The notes under the pieces are model-generated. The model was not told the origin of the DNA and did not search any database. It was given only the letters and a program-made list of their open reading frames with translations. From positions 200,868 through 264,867 of the forward strand of contig CAYXSM010000002.1 in assembly GCA_964466705.1 (NCBI GenBank): DNA of 64,000 nt, given 5' to 3'. The first letter of the stretch is position 1. Each line of letters starts with the position of its first letter. Shown here one piece after another: positions 19,679 through 28,347 of this stretch. Source of the stretch: an uncultured Rikenellaceae bacterium. GTDB taxonomy: Bacteria; Bacteroidota; Bacteroidia; Bacteroidales; VadinHA17. A program made the translations under genes and the position numbers.

Positions 19679-20344
19679 TTAATTGTTAAGGGTGACCTCC
19701 CATGCTCCGGGTTCATTTATCGTGAACTCAAATATTACCTCATTCTTGCCTGTTCTCATCTTGTTCCAGATGAGGTATTTGAGTTTAACGTCCAGAGGGA
19801 ACAATACATTCTGAATACCGTACATTCTGCCGGACCGGTATTCGGATCCGCTGCTGTAGGCAAGAGAAAAGTTCTCGACGGAAATGTTGTCAGAACCAGC
19901 CTGTAACAGTAAAATCCTTACTCCGTCAACCGAACCTGACTTAATGATGGTTGCACGTGCAATATTCATGCTGCGTGTAATCTGATATGGTGCTATGAGT
20001 TCTTCACCGATATATTTGTCATTTTTCCAGTAGCCTGTGACCAATGAGTCCTGGTAAACCATTTTACCCTTACCTTCTCTGACTCCGTTTTTCCACTCTC
20101 CCTCATAATATGGACCGTCTTTCCATTTATAGGTTCCTTTTCCTGATGGTAAACCTTTAACAAACTGGCCTTCATAGAAATCAATACCCTGGGCAGTTCC
20201 CTTTCCGTGTGCCAGCCCTCTTTTGCATCCTCCCGAGTAGGTTCCGGAAATACTTGGCATAACTACCTTGCAGGTACTTAGCTGAGCTTTAACCGGGTTG
20301 AATAACAGAAATAGAGCTGTAATTATTAATATTCTGATTTTCAT
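19679..20344 (-). CDS. Exported MORN-repeat protein
   Basis: Signal peptide; YEGQFVKGLPSGKGTYKWKDG.YYEGEWKNGVREGKG repeats. Confidence 0.85.
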   Translation of the reverse strand: MKIRILIITALFLLFNPVKAQLSTCKVVMPSISGTYSGGCKRGLAHGKGTAQGIDFYEGQFVKGLPSGKGTYKWKDGPYYEGEWKNGVREGKGKMVYQDSLVTGYWKNDKYIGEELIAPYQITRSMNIARATIIKSGSVDGVRILLLQAGSDNISVENFSLAYSSGSEYRSGRMYGIQNVLFPLDVKLKYLIWNKMRTGKNEVIFEFTINEPGAWEVTLNN

Positions 20345-20657
20345 TTTCTTTCTGTTTTTATTGGTAAATGAATACAAACCTGTCAAATTTACACAATTTG
20401 AGCTAAGTATATAACAAAAACCTGCCACAATGGTTTAATTTATCGATGTCGTTGCTGAAATGCAGGTTGGCAATATAAACAAAGCCATATCTGAAAAGGC
20501 TCATCATTCTTCTGTCACAACCCCTGAATTTGAGATGAATTACTGTGCCGGGATATATACCTGCCTTATAAACCCATGCAAAAGCAATCAAAACCAGTGC
20601 CAACAATTTACTTATCCTTTGATATCAGTCAGATAACCATCCGACAAAATACAGGAC

Positions 20658-20685
20658 AAAAAAAGAGGCTGCCGGAGCAGCCCCT
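20658..20685 (-). terminator. Intrinsic terminator of the porin gene
   Basis: Minus strand ggggctgc-tccg-gcagcctc followed by T7. Confidence 0.75.
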
Positions 20686-20752
20686 GATTTATTCGTTATC
20701 CTATAAAATATCTGAAGTATTATCAGCTTTTGATAAGATCAGGTTCAGTTTA

Positions 20753-21412
20753 CTATTTTGCCCCGAATTTATATCCGATCGATACGGAAAGAACACGGTG
20801 ACTGGCTTTATAGTCACCTTCTGAATCAGGAGAGGTGTTTGCAAGGCCTAAACCATATGAAAGACCGACCTGAATGCCATTTATCTCAACGCCTGCTCCA
20901 ACAGTCAATCCATAATCAAGTCTCTTAAGATCTGCATCTTCGCCTGATCCCCATTCGACGTCCTCAGTATCTGTTTCGGTTTCGCCGCCAAAAGACATTT
21001 CAGATTTATATTTCCCGATTAACCCCATACCAAGATAGGGACCGACAGCTCCGTATATTTTGCCAAAATTGACATCATAAGAAGCCTTGGCTGTTAAGGG
21101 AATATCAAGATAAATCAGATTTGCCTTCAGCTTGTAATCAAAACCACTTTCTGATTCATCTATTTTAAATCCTTTGGTCGAAGCAATAAGACCTGTTTCA
21201 AATGAAAAAATGTCATTTATCGGAAACTCAGCAGTTGGACCAATATGAAAACCCGGATTCATTTTAAAGTCCTCGCTGTAGGTTTCGTCTTCGTCTTTGA
21301 CCAGCATATTGGCGAAATTTACCCCTGCTCTTAATCCGAATGTCTGAGCATAAGACTCTGCAGTTACTGTCAGTATAACCGCCACAAATAATAATTTAAT
21401 AAAGATTTTCAT
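20753..21412 (-). CDS. Outer-membrane beta-barrel (porin family, OMP_b-brl_2/PorT-like)
   Basis: Signal peptide, FGLRAGVN, YLDIPL, GPYLG, terminal SIGYKF strand. Confidence 0.85.
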   Translation of the reverse strand: MKIFIKLLFVAVILTVTAESYAQTFGLRAGVNFANMLVKDEDETYSEDFKMNPGFHIGPTAEFPINDIFSFETGLIASTKGFKIDESESGFDYKLKANLIYLDIPLTAKASYDVNFGKIYGAVGPYLGMGLIGKYKSEMSFGGETETDTEDVEWGSGEDADLKRLDYGLTVGAGVEINGIQVGLSYGLGLANTSPDSEGDYKASHRVLSVSIGYKFGAK

Positions 21413-21433
21413 TGTGTTTTTTCATAAGTTTTT

Positions 21434-21494
21434 CCTACTCATAAGGCTTTTCGGTTTCTCCCCGTTTTTATGGTGGTTCCTGGTCTCCACCTAC
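21434..21494 (-). promoter_or_regulatory. Candidate structured 5' leader RNA (ydaO/c-di-AMP-like core)
   Basis: Minus strand gtaggtggagaccaggaaccaccataaaaacggggagaaaccgaaaagccttatgagtagg ends about 20 nt before the porin ATG; ggtgg/ccacc and cct/agg stems. Confidence 0.35.
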
Positions 21495-21765
21495 ATCAGT
21501 TCAAATATAGTTTAATAATGACCTCAGATATACCATTAATGTTTGATTATGCAGTTTCAAAGCTAACAAAAACGAAATAGTTAACGATGATTTTAATAAT
21601 AATATTTTGTGGTCTGAAATATTTATGCAAATAGAGGTTATTAGTAGAATAATCCGGGATTTTAATCAGGATAATTCGTATTGAAATTTATTTTACCGAT
21701 ATTTGATATTGGATAAAATTTAGCAATAAAGAATTAAATTTTTGCTCACTTTTAAAATTGCACAA

Positions 21766-23232
21766 ATGAAAATATTTAACTTTTTCGTTTCAGTCACATT
21801 AGTATTGGCAACACTTCTGGCGATAAGTTCATGTGCCGTAAATCCTGTGACAGGGAAGAAGCAGATAATGCTTATGTCAGAAGCCCAGGAGGTTGCACTT
21901 GGCGCGGAATATGATCCGCAGGTGGTTGCCAGTTTTGGGGAGTACAAAAATGATGTCCTGGTAAATTTCATTCAGACAAAAGGAAATGAAATGGGAAAAA
22001 TCTCCCACCGTCCGGGCCTTGAATATCATGTTAAAATTTTAGATTCGCCTGTTGTAAATGCTTTTGCTGTTCCCGGGGGTTACATTTATCTTACACGGGG
22101 GATACTAGCCCAGCTTAACAATGAAGCCGAGCTTATTGGAGTACTAGGACATGAAATGGGACATATAACCGCCCGGCACTCAGTCAGCCAGCAAAGCAAG
22201 CAACAACTGGGACAATTGTTGCTGATAGGAGGTATGATTGCCTCTGAAAAATTTGCACAGTATGCAGAATATGCGCTTCAGGGTATGCAGCTGCTCTTTC
22301 TGAAGTTCAGCCGTGACAATGAACGTGAAGCTGATGCGCTGGGAGTTGAGTACTCATCCAAGATCAGCTATGATGCTCATAAAATGGCTGATTTTTTCCA
22401 GGTGCTGAATAAAATGAATATGGCCGAGTCTGTGGGAGGAGTTCCCACTTTTCTGTCAACCCATCCCGATCCGGGTGACCGGTATAATTCGGTCCATCAT
22501 AGCGCATCAGAATGGCAAAGCACGTTGAATTATCCTGAATGGAAGGTAAATCAGGACAGTTATCTTCAGATGATAGACGGGATCGTTTATGGCGAGGACC
22601 CCAGACAGGGTTATGTCGATGGCAATACATTCTATCATCCGGAACTGAAATTCAGGTTCTCTTTTCCAGTGGGATGGAGGCTGGAGAACCTGCCAACCCA
22701 GGTTAATATGGCTCCTTCCGAGGGCAATGCATTGCTGGTTTTTACTCTTGCCCCGGCAAACTCCCTTGAAGAAGCCGCACAGGGAACAATAGACCAGCTG
22801 GGTCTTACGCTACAGGAAAGCAAGAGGACAACGGTTAACGGAATGCCTGCACTTGCAACAGTATGCAGCCAGGTTTCACAGGACCAGTCAACCGGTCAGC
22901 AGCAATCTTTGCAGATACTGTCATATTTTATTGATTATAACAGTACTTACTATATTTTTCATGGTGTTGCCGCTGCTCAGAATTTTGGAAGTTATTTCCG
23001 CATTTTTGAAGCAACAATGCTCAATTTCTCCAGGCTTACTGATCCTTCAAAGATTAATGTGAAACCCAGAAGAGTTCAGGTAAAAAGAGTTCAGCGTACA
23101 GGCACACTTGCAAACGCATTCAACTATTATGGTGTATCTCAGGCAATGATGCAGGAACTTGCATTACTGAATAACCTTGAGCTTACAGATCAGGTTCAGG
23201 CCGGTAAGCTCATTAAGATAATCGGGGAATGA
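21766..23232 (+). CDS. M48 family metalloprotease lipoprotein (BepA/YfgC-like)
   Basis: Lipobox ISSC, NAFAVPGG, HEMGH, EREAD, STHP; C-terminal LysM-like region. Confidence 0.9.
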   Translation: MKIFNFFVSVTLVLATLLAISSCAVNPVTGKKQIMLMSEAQEVALGAEYDPQVVASFGEYKNDVLVNFIQTKGNEMGKISHRPGLEYHVKILDSPVVNAFAVPGGYIYLTRGILAQLNNEAELIGVLGHEMGHITARHSVSQQSKQQLGQLLLIGGMIASEKFAQYAEYALQGMQLLFLKFSRDNEREADALGVEYSSKISYDAHKMADFFQVLNKMNMAESVGGVPTFLSTHPDPGDRYNSVHHSASEWQSTLNYPEWKVNQDSYLQMIDGIVYGEDPRQGYVDGNTFYHPELKFRFSFPVGWRLENLPTQVNMAPSEGNALLVFTLAPANSLEEAAQGTIDQLGLTLQESKRTTVNGMPALATVCSQVSQDQSTGQQQSLQILSYFIDYNSTYYIFHGVAAAQNFGSYFRIFEATMLNFSRLTDPSKINVKPRRVQVKRVQRTGTLANAFNYYGVSQAMMQELALLNNLELTDQVQAGKLIKIIGE

Positions 23233-23293
23233 CAAGTTTCACAAGTTGAAACAAAACAGCTATGGTCGGATTTTATACTAATAAACCAACATA

Positions 23294-24244
23294 TCAATCA
23301 AAACCAATCAGATATTTATAAAGCTCGCTTTTGGTTGAAAGGATGACGGTTGTAGTTGTATCAAATGTCCTTTCGAAGGTTTCCATTGATTTGGAAAAGC
23401 TGTAAAGATTCCTTGCTGAGGATGACTTGTCATAAGCGGCTGCATAAATGGCAGTTGCCCGTGCGTCGGCTTTCCCCATTATTTCTTCGGCTTTGCGGAA
23501 AGCTTCCGACTGGATGGTTTTAAGATCCCGTTCTTTTTCACCGTTAATCTTGGATGCCTCACCCTGTCCTTCAGACCTGAATTTCTCTGCTATGCGGAAT
23601 CTCTCGCTTTTCATCCGCTCATATACCTGAACCCTGACTTCTTCAACATAATTAAGCCTTTTCAGCCTGAAATCAAGTATTTCGATACCCAGGTCCTTTG
23701 CTTTTTCGTTAGCCGATCTCAGGATCATTTCCTGAATTTTCTGGCGTCCGGTGAGTATTACAGAAAGGGTGTCTCCTACCTCTTCTCCCGAAAGATCTGA
23801 CGGAATGGGCGTCCTGTTGCTTGTACGGACAGCTTCCTCAAGATCATGGTTCGCGATATAATCACGGGTTTCACCATCGAGTATGTCATCAAGTCTTGAC
23901 TGTGCTCCCCTCTCATTGGTGAGCCTCTTGAAAAACTGCAACGGGTCAGTTATCTGCCAGCGGGCATAAGCATCGACAAAAATGAACTTTTTGTCTTTTG
24001 TTGGTACCTGGTTCGGGTCTCCATCCCATTCCAGAAACCTTTTATCGAAATAATTGGGTTTCTGGATAAAAGGAAGCTTTACCTTCAATCCCGGAGTTAT
24101 CTTGGCTTGCCCTACGGGTTTGCCGAACTGTGTAATCACAACCTGTTCGGGTTCTTTTACTATATAAGTACATTCCAGGATAAGAATCAATGCAATAAGA
24201 GCAATAGCAAGGTTTATAATGATTTTTTTGGTTTTCATAGCCAT
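23294..24244 (-). CDS. hflC: FtsH protease modulator HflC
   Basis: SPFH domain, TKDKKFIFVD, RMKSER, RSEGQGEA. Confidence 0.92.
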   Translation of the reverse strand: MAMKTKKIIINLAIALIALILILECTYIVKEPEQVVITQFGKPVGQAKITPGLKVKLPFIQKPNYFDKRFLEWDGDPNQVPTKDKKFIFVDAYARWQITDPLQFFKRLTNERGAQSRLDDILDGETRDYIANHDLEEAVRTSNRTPIPSDLSGEEVGDTLSVILTGRQKIQEMILRSANEKAKDLGIEILDFRLKRLNYVEEVRVQVYERMKSERFRIAEKFRSEGQGEASKINGEKERDLKTIQSEAFRKAEEIMGKADARATAIYAAAYDKSSSARNLYSFSKSMETFERTFDTTTTVILSTKSELYKYLIGFD

Positions 24245-24250
24245 ACAGTT

Positions 24251-25228
24251 TTATTTTTCTTTGAGTTGCATCTGAAGAAGCGGCAGAACATTGTTGCCGT
24301 CTTCATCAGTTATAATTTTATTGCCAAGCTTTGGAATAACCCTTGTCATGGTCTCAAGGTAAATTCTTCTCTTGGTCACTTCAGGGGCTTTAATATATTC
24401 ACTGTATAAAGCATTGAACCTTGTTGCTTCACCAAGAGCATTGTTGATGCGTTCAGCAGCGTATCCTTCGGCTTTCTGAATCGTTTCCTCAGCCTGTCCA
24501 CGTGCTCTTGGAATGACCTTGTTGTATTCTGAGCGGGCCTGGTTTATAAGTGTTTCCTTTTCCTGCTGTGCCTGGTTCACCGCATTAAAAGCATCCTTGA
24601 CAGGATCAGGGGGATTTACATCCTGAAGTACAACCTGTTCTATTTTTATTCCTAGTGAATACTCAGAGCACAGTTTCTGCATCTCCTCATGCACGCTGTT
24701 AGCTATTTCCGTCCGGCCCACAGTAAGGACCTCATTTACTGTTCTGTCGCCGACAATTTTACGCATTGAGGCTTCTGAAATATCGCGCAGTGTGGTGACC
24801 GGCGATCTTACCTTGAAAAGATAATTATACGGGTCATTGATCCTGTATTGTATAACCCATTCCACATCAGCGAGATTAAGGTCGCCGGTAAGCATCAGCG
24901 ACTCACTTGCAGCTCCGCCCTTTACATACTCCGACTGTATTCCGGGAGTAACGGTGCGAAAACCAAACTCTTCCTTCTGCTGCCTTTCGACAGCCACCTT
25001 GTACTTCCTTTCAAGGATGGGAATTTTCGCGTTCAGTCCGGGGTCAACAGTCCTTATATATTTTCCGAAACGTGTAATTACTGCCACCTCTTCAGGATCA
25101 ACCTGGAAGAATGATCCCAACAGCAACATGAACACGACTATTGCCAGCAGGATTTTTTTGTACCCCGAAAGATATTTCTTCCACCCGGGAGGAATATTTT
25201 CAAAGCCTCTGAATTGATTGTAATTCAT
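24251..25228 (-). CDS. hflK: FtsH protease modulator HflK
   Basis: MLTGDLN, QDVNPPDPV, IPRARGQA, RIYLETM. Confidence 0.92.
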   Translation of the reverse strand: MNYNQFRGFENIPPGWKKYLSGYKKILLAIVVFMLLLGSFFQVDPEEVAVITRFGKYIRTVDPGLNAKIPILERKYKVAVERQQKEEFGFRTVTPGIQSEYVKGGAASESLMLTGDLNLADVEWVIQYRINDPYNYLFKVRSPVTTLRDISEASMRKIVGDRTVNEVLTVGRTEIANSVHEEMQKLCSEYSLGIKIEQVVLQDVNPPDPVKDAFNAVNQAQQEKETLINQARSEYNKVIPRARGQAEETIQKAEGYAAERINNALGEATRFNALYSEYIKAPEVTKRRIYLETMTRVIPKLGNKIITDEDGNNVLPLLQMQLKEK

Positions 25229-25436
25229 ATTATTTTCATTTTAAGTGTAAAGGTTAAAGGTAAGGGTTTATGATATAAAATGCCAATCTAATTGATAATA
25301 CCACCGGTAACGGATGGGAAATCATACTTTACGGAAATTCTTCACCAAACTATTCCGGCAGTTTAACCGGGATTAATAGTATACGATTTCCGCTGAAAAA
25401 TTTATGTAACTTGCCTTTATTATAACTGGAAAGCAA

Positions 25437-26786
25437 ATGAACTACACAAGGCGATCATTCATTAAAACAGCGGGCATGGGAGGATTGGCTTTTGCCTCTT
25501 ATCCATTTTCTCCAATAACCAAAGGCTCAGAAGCGATAAAGGTACTCAATCCATATAACCGTGTTCCGGTAAGTCTGATTATAGACGACTCGACATGCCT
25601 GGTGAATATGGCGCATTATGGAATACCTCAGTTCGCGGAAGTATTTCCTGAACAATATAAGCAGGAATGGAGGAAGCTCCCCCGGGAGATACCCGACAGC
25701 TTTGTCAGGGAATTTGGTGAATGGAGCCATGATAACGGAGTCAAAGGTAAGTACAGTGTAGTTCCTTATCCGGCATGCACGGGATGGATAAACCGTTTTA
25801 TTCCCGGGTGGACAAAAAGAGAACTAAATGACAGCCTGAAACTGATAAAGGAGATTATTCTGCCCAACTGGGACATTCATCCGGAAATGGTAAGTCACAC
25901 CAGGGTTATCGATATTAAGACAGGAAAGCCGTATCCTTCAGCTACGCCGGAATATATGGAAAACTGGGAATGGAGTCAGAATAAAAGTGCTGATGAACTT
26001 GCTGCCTATCAGTCTTATGCTCTTTCGATCCTTAAGGAAGCAGAACTGCCATGCGAAGGTATAACAACCCCGGGCGGGTACGCCGCCCGTAATCAGAACA
26101 ATCTGGCTTTGAGCACACTGGAGTCGGTTCGTGATATTTATGGTGCCGAGATACCGCATTACTTCCGCGATCTATACACTGAAAAAGATAAAAGTGTAAC
26201 CCCTGAGGTCTTGCACGCTTCCGGACTGGATGGCAACGATCCGAAATGTGTTGTCTCAGTTCTGGGCTGCACAGGAGACTGGTTCGGAGGATGGGATGGG
26301 CTTACCCCGGGAAGTGCTGACAGATTTATTTCTGAAGACCTGCAGTCGGGACGGATGACTGAAGTTATTGACAGTGGTGAGCCTGCCATTATGGTATGTC
26401 ACTGGCCGGGGATCTATTACAATGGAGAAAAAACAGGATTCAAAGTCCTTATGGAAGTCAACAGGCGGCTAAACCAGAAATATGATAATATTATATGGAT
26501 GAAATTAAGTGAGATAGCAAGATATTGGGCGGCCAAAGAGCTCACTTCCATCTCGTCAGCTGAAAATACCATTATGCTTAAAGCCCCTTATGCGACTCCG
26601 GGTTTTACACTTAAAGTAAAAGCATCAGTGAGCAAACCACGGATAAAAACCTGTGGGCAGGAAAAATCATTGATTAAGATAACCAGCAGGAAAGACATTG
26701 CAAATGGTACCTGGTACCAGGATGGATCCGGATCAATACTTTGTTTTGAACTGGGTAAAGGATTGAATGAGCTGATTATGGACTAA
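25437..26786 (+). CDS. Tat-exported protein with putative NodB/polysaccharide-deacetylase-like fold
   Basis: TRRSFIK twin-arginine motif; IIDDST, DIHPEMVSH, ITTPGG and CHWPG resemble CE4/GH57-like (beta/alpha)7 motifs. Confidence 0.6.
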   Translation: MNYTRRSFIKTAGMGGLAFASYPFSPITKGSEAIKVLNPYNRVPVSLIIDDSTCLVNMAHYGIPQFAEVFPEQYKQEWRKLPREIPDSFVREFGEWSHDNGVKGKYSVVPYPACTGWINRFIPGWTKRELNDSLKLIKEIILPNWDIHPEMVSHTRVIDIKTGKPYPSATPEYMENWEWSQNKSADELAAYQSYALSILKEAELPCEGITTPGGYAARNQNNLALSTLESVRDIYGAEIPHYFRDLYTEKDKSVTPEVLHASGLDGNDPKCVVSVLGCTGDWFGGWDGLTPGSADRFISEDLQSGRMTEVIDSGEPAIMVCHWPGIYYNGEKTGFKVLMEVNRRLNQKYDNIIWMKLSEIARYWAAKELTSISSAENTIMLKAPYATPGFTLKVKASVSKPRIKTCGQEKSLIKITSRKDIANGTWYQDGSGSILCFELGKGLNELIMD

Positions 26787-27756
26787 AAGATAAATTCGAT
26801 GTTTTAACGGGCCTGGATAATTTAACCGGCTGGCACCAGGAATCTTTACCATCAAAGACCCCCGTGAACAGATAAGTTATAAGTCCGTTTTCAATCAAAA
26901 GCTGTGGCCTCTCGCGACGTGTGCAGAGAAGAGAGTAGTTACCAGGATAAAACAGTGTATGATCGTAAAAAACGACCGGATCAGACTTATTCCAGCTAAT
27001 TCCGCCATCCTGAGTAAAAAGCTCCACTCCCCATCGTTCATGACCGCTGATCGCCCCTGAATTGTCTTCACAGACAAGGCAGATCCTGTCTTTTTTCTGA
27101 TAAAGATAAAAATCCTCTATCCTGTTATTTGGCCATACATTATCGTTAATGATGGAAAAGGGCCCTCTGTAGGATTCAGATCCGGCAAGGTAAACTCTGA
27201 GATCATGGTCGCGGTAAACAAGTTTTATCCTGCCTGCTTCCTGAAGGATGGCAGGATTGTTTGATTCGTCTTCAATCAGTGGTTTATCCGAGCGCATCCA
27301 GGGGCCTGAAATATCAGAGGCTGCAGCATACCCGACCCTTCGTTTCAGGGACTCTGTCCCGGGCAGGATGGTAGTGAAATCACTTCCTATGTAAAAAAGC
27401 ACATATTCATCGCCAATTTTATGAATGGTCGGGTTGTGAGCCATGTTCGAATCCCAGAATGCGCTGTCTCTTTCCCCGATCACAACTTCAATGAATTCAT
27501 ACGGACCCATGGGAGAATTTGCGACAGCTCTCACTATCTCAGAGTTTTCTCGATAGTTTTCCGGGAACATTCTGTCCTTTATCCATCTTGATGCGAACAT
27601 GTGGTAAAGAGAGTCAACCTTTATAACAGATCCTCCCCAGACCCAGTAATCCTCCATCCTGAAACCGCTCTCTTCCGGTATCGGCTCATATGAAATGCCT
27701 GAATCCCGGCATGAAATAAAACAGGAGGTGATCAATAAATATAAAGCAAATCTCAT
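26776..27756 (-). CDS. Five-bladed beta-propeller glycoside hydrolase (GH43-like) lipoprotein
   Basis: Lipobox FISC; WVWGGS, YHMFASRW, AHNPTI, EDF, RRERPQL. Confidence 0.8.
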   Translation of the reverse strand: MRFALYLLITSCFISCRDSGISYEPIPEESGFRMEDYWVWGGSVIKVDSLYHMFASRWIKDRMFPENYRENSEIVRAVANSPMGPYEFIEVVIGERDSAFWDSNMAHNPTIHKIGDEYVLFYIGSDFTTILPGTESLKRRVGYAAASDISGPWMRSDKPLIEDESNNPAILQEAGRIKLVYRDHDLRVYLAGSESYRGPFSIINDNVWPNNRIEDFYLYQKKDRICLVCEDNSGAISGHERWGVELFTQDGGISWNKSDPVVFYDHTLFYPGNYSLLCTRRERPQLLIENGLITYLFTGVFDGKDSWCQPVKLSRPVKTSNLSFSP

Positions 27757-27781
27757 GGTCACTATAGCAATATTTATATGA

Positions 27782-28333
27782 TTACCGGTTATTTGCTTCT
27801 ATATACCATACCAGAGTTTCTATAAAAGAAGATGCCCTTTTATCAAGGCTCTCTTTATCTGCCGGCATTCCTTTTGCGTCAATGACAGTGTCAATGTTCC
27901 CTATCCTCATCGGCCCGGTCACGGTAATCGCTCCCATTTTCCACAGGACAAACTGAAGCGATATTATAACCTGGGTGCCAGCAAAATTGCCGTCAGACAC
28001 GGTAATAAAAGCCACAGGTTTGCGGCGCCATTCAAAAGTCAGAAGATCAACGGCATTTTTAAGGCTCGCAGGGTAACCGCCATTGTACTCGGGAACTATC
28101 ATGATAATGCCATCGGATGATTTTATCCGGTCCGCAAAATCCGTCATTCCAGGATCGGGGTGTTCCTGGTATTTCAACCTTTCGTCAAATATAGGGAACC
28201 TGTATTCCAGAAGGTCTATCATATCGGCAACTCCAATATTTCTTTCTTCGATAAATGATTTGATATAAAGCGCAGCCCTGTGGCTGTTGCGGCCTTTACG
28301 GATACTGGGCGAGAGAATTCCTAATCTTAGCAT
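27782..28333 (-). CDS. NADPH-dependent FMN reductase
   Basis: SIRKGRNS and PEYNGGYPASLKNAVD motifs. Confidence 0.9.
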   Translation of the reverse strand: MLRLGILSPSIRKGRNSHRAALYIKSFIEERNIGVADMIDLLEYRFPIFDERLKYQEHPDPGMTDFADRIKSSDGIIMIVPEYNGGYPASLKNAVDLLTFEWRRKPVAFITVSDGNFAGTQVIISLQFVLWKMGAITVTGPMRIGNIDTVIDAKGMPADKESLDKRASSFIETLVWYIEANNR

Positions 28334-28347
28334 CTTTTAATATATTT

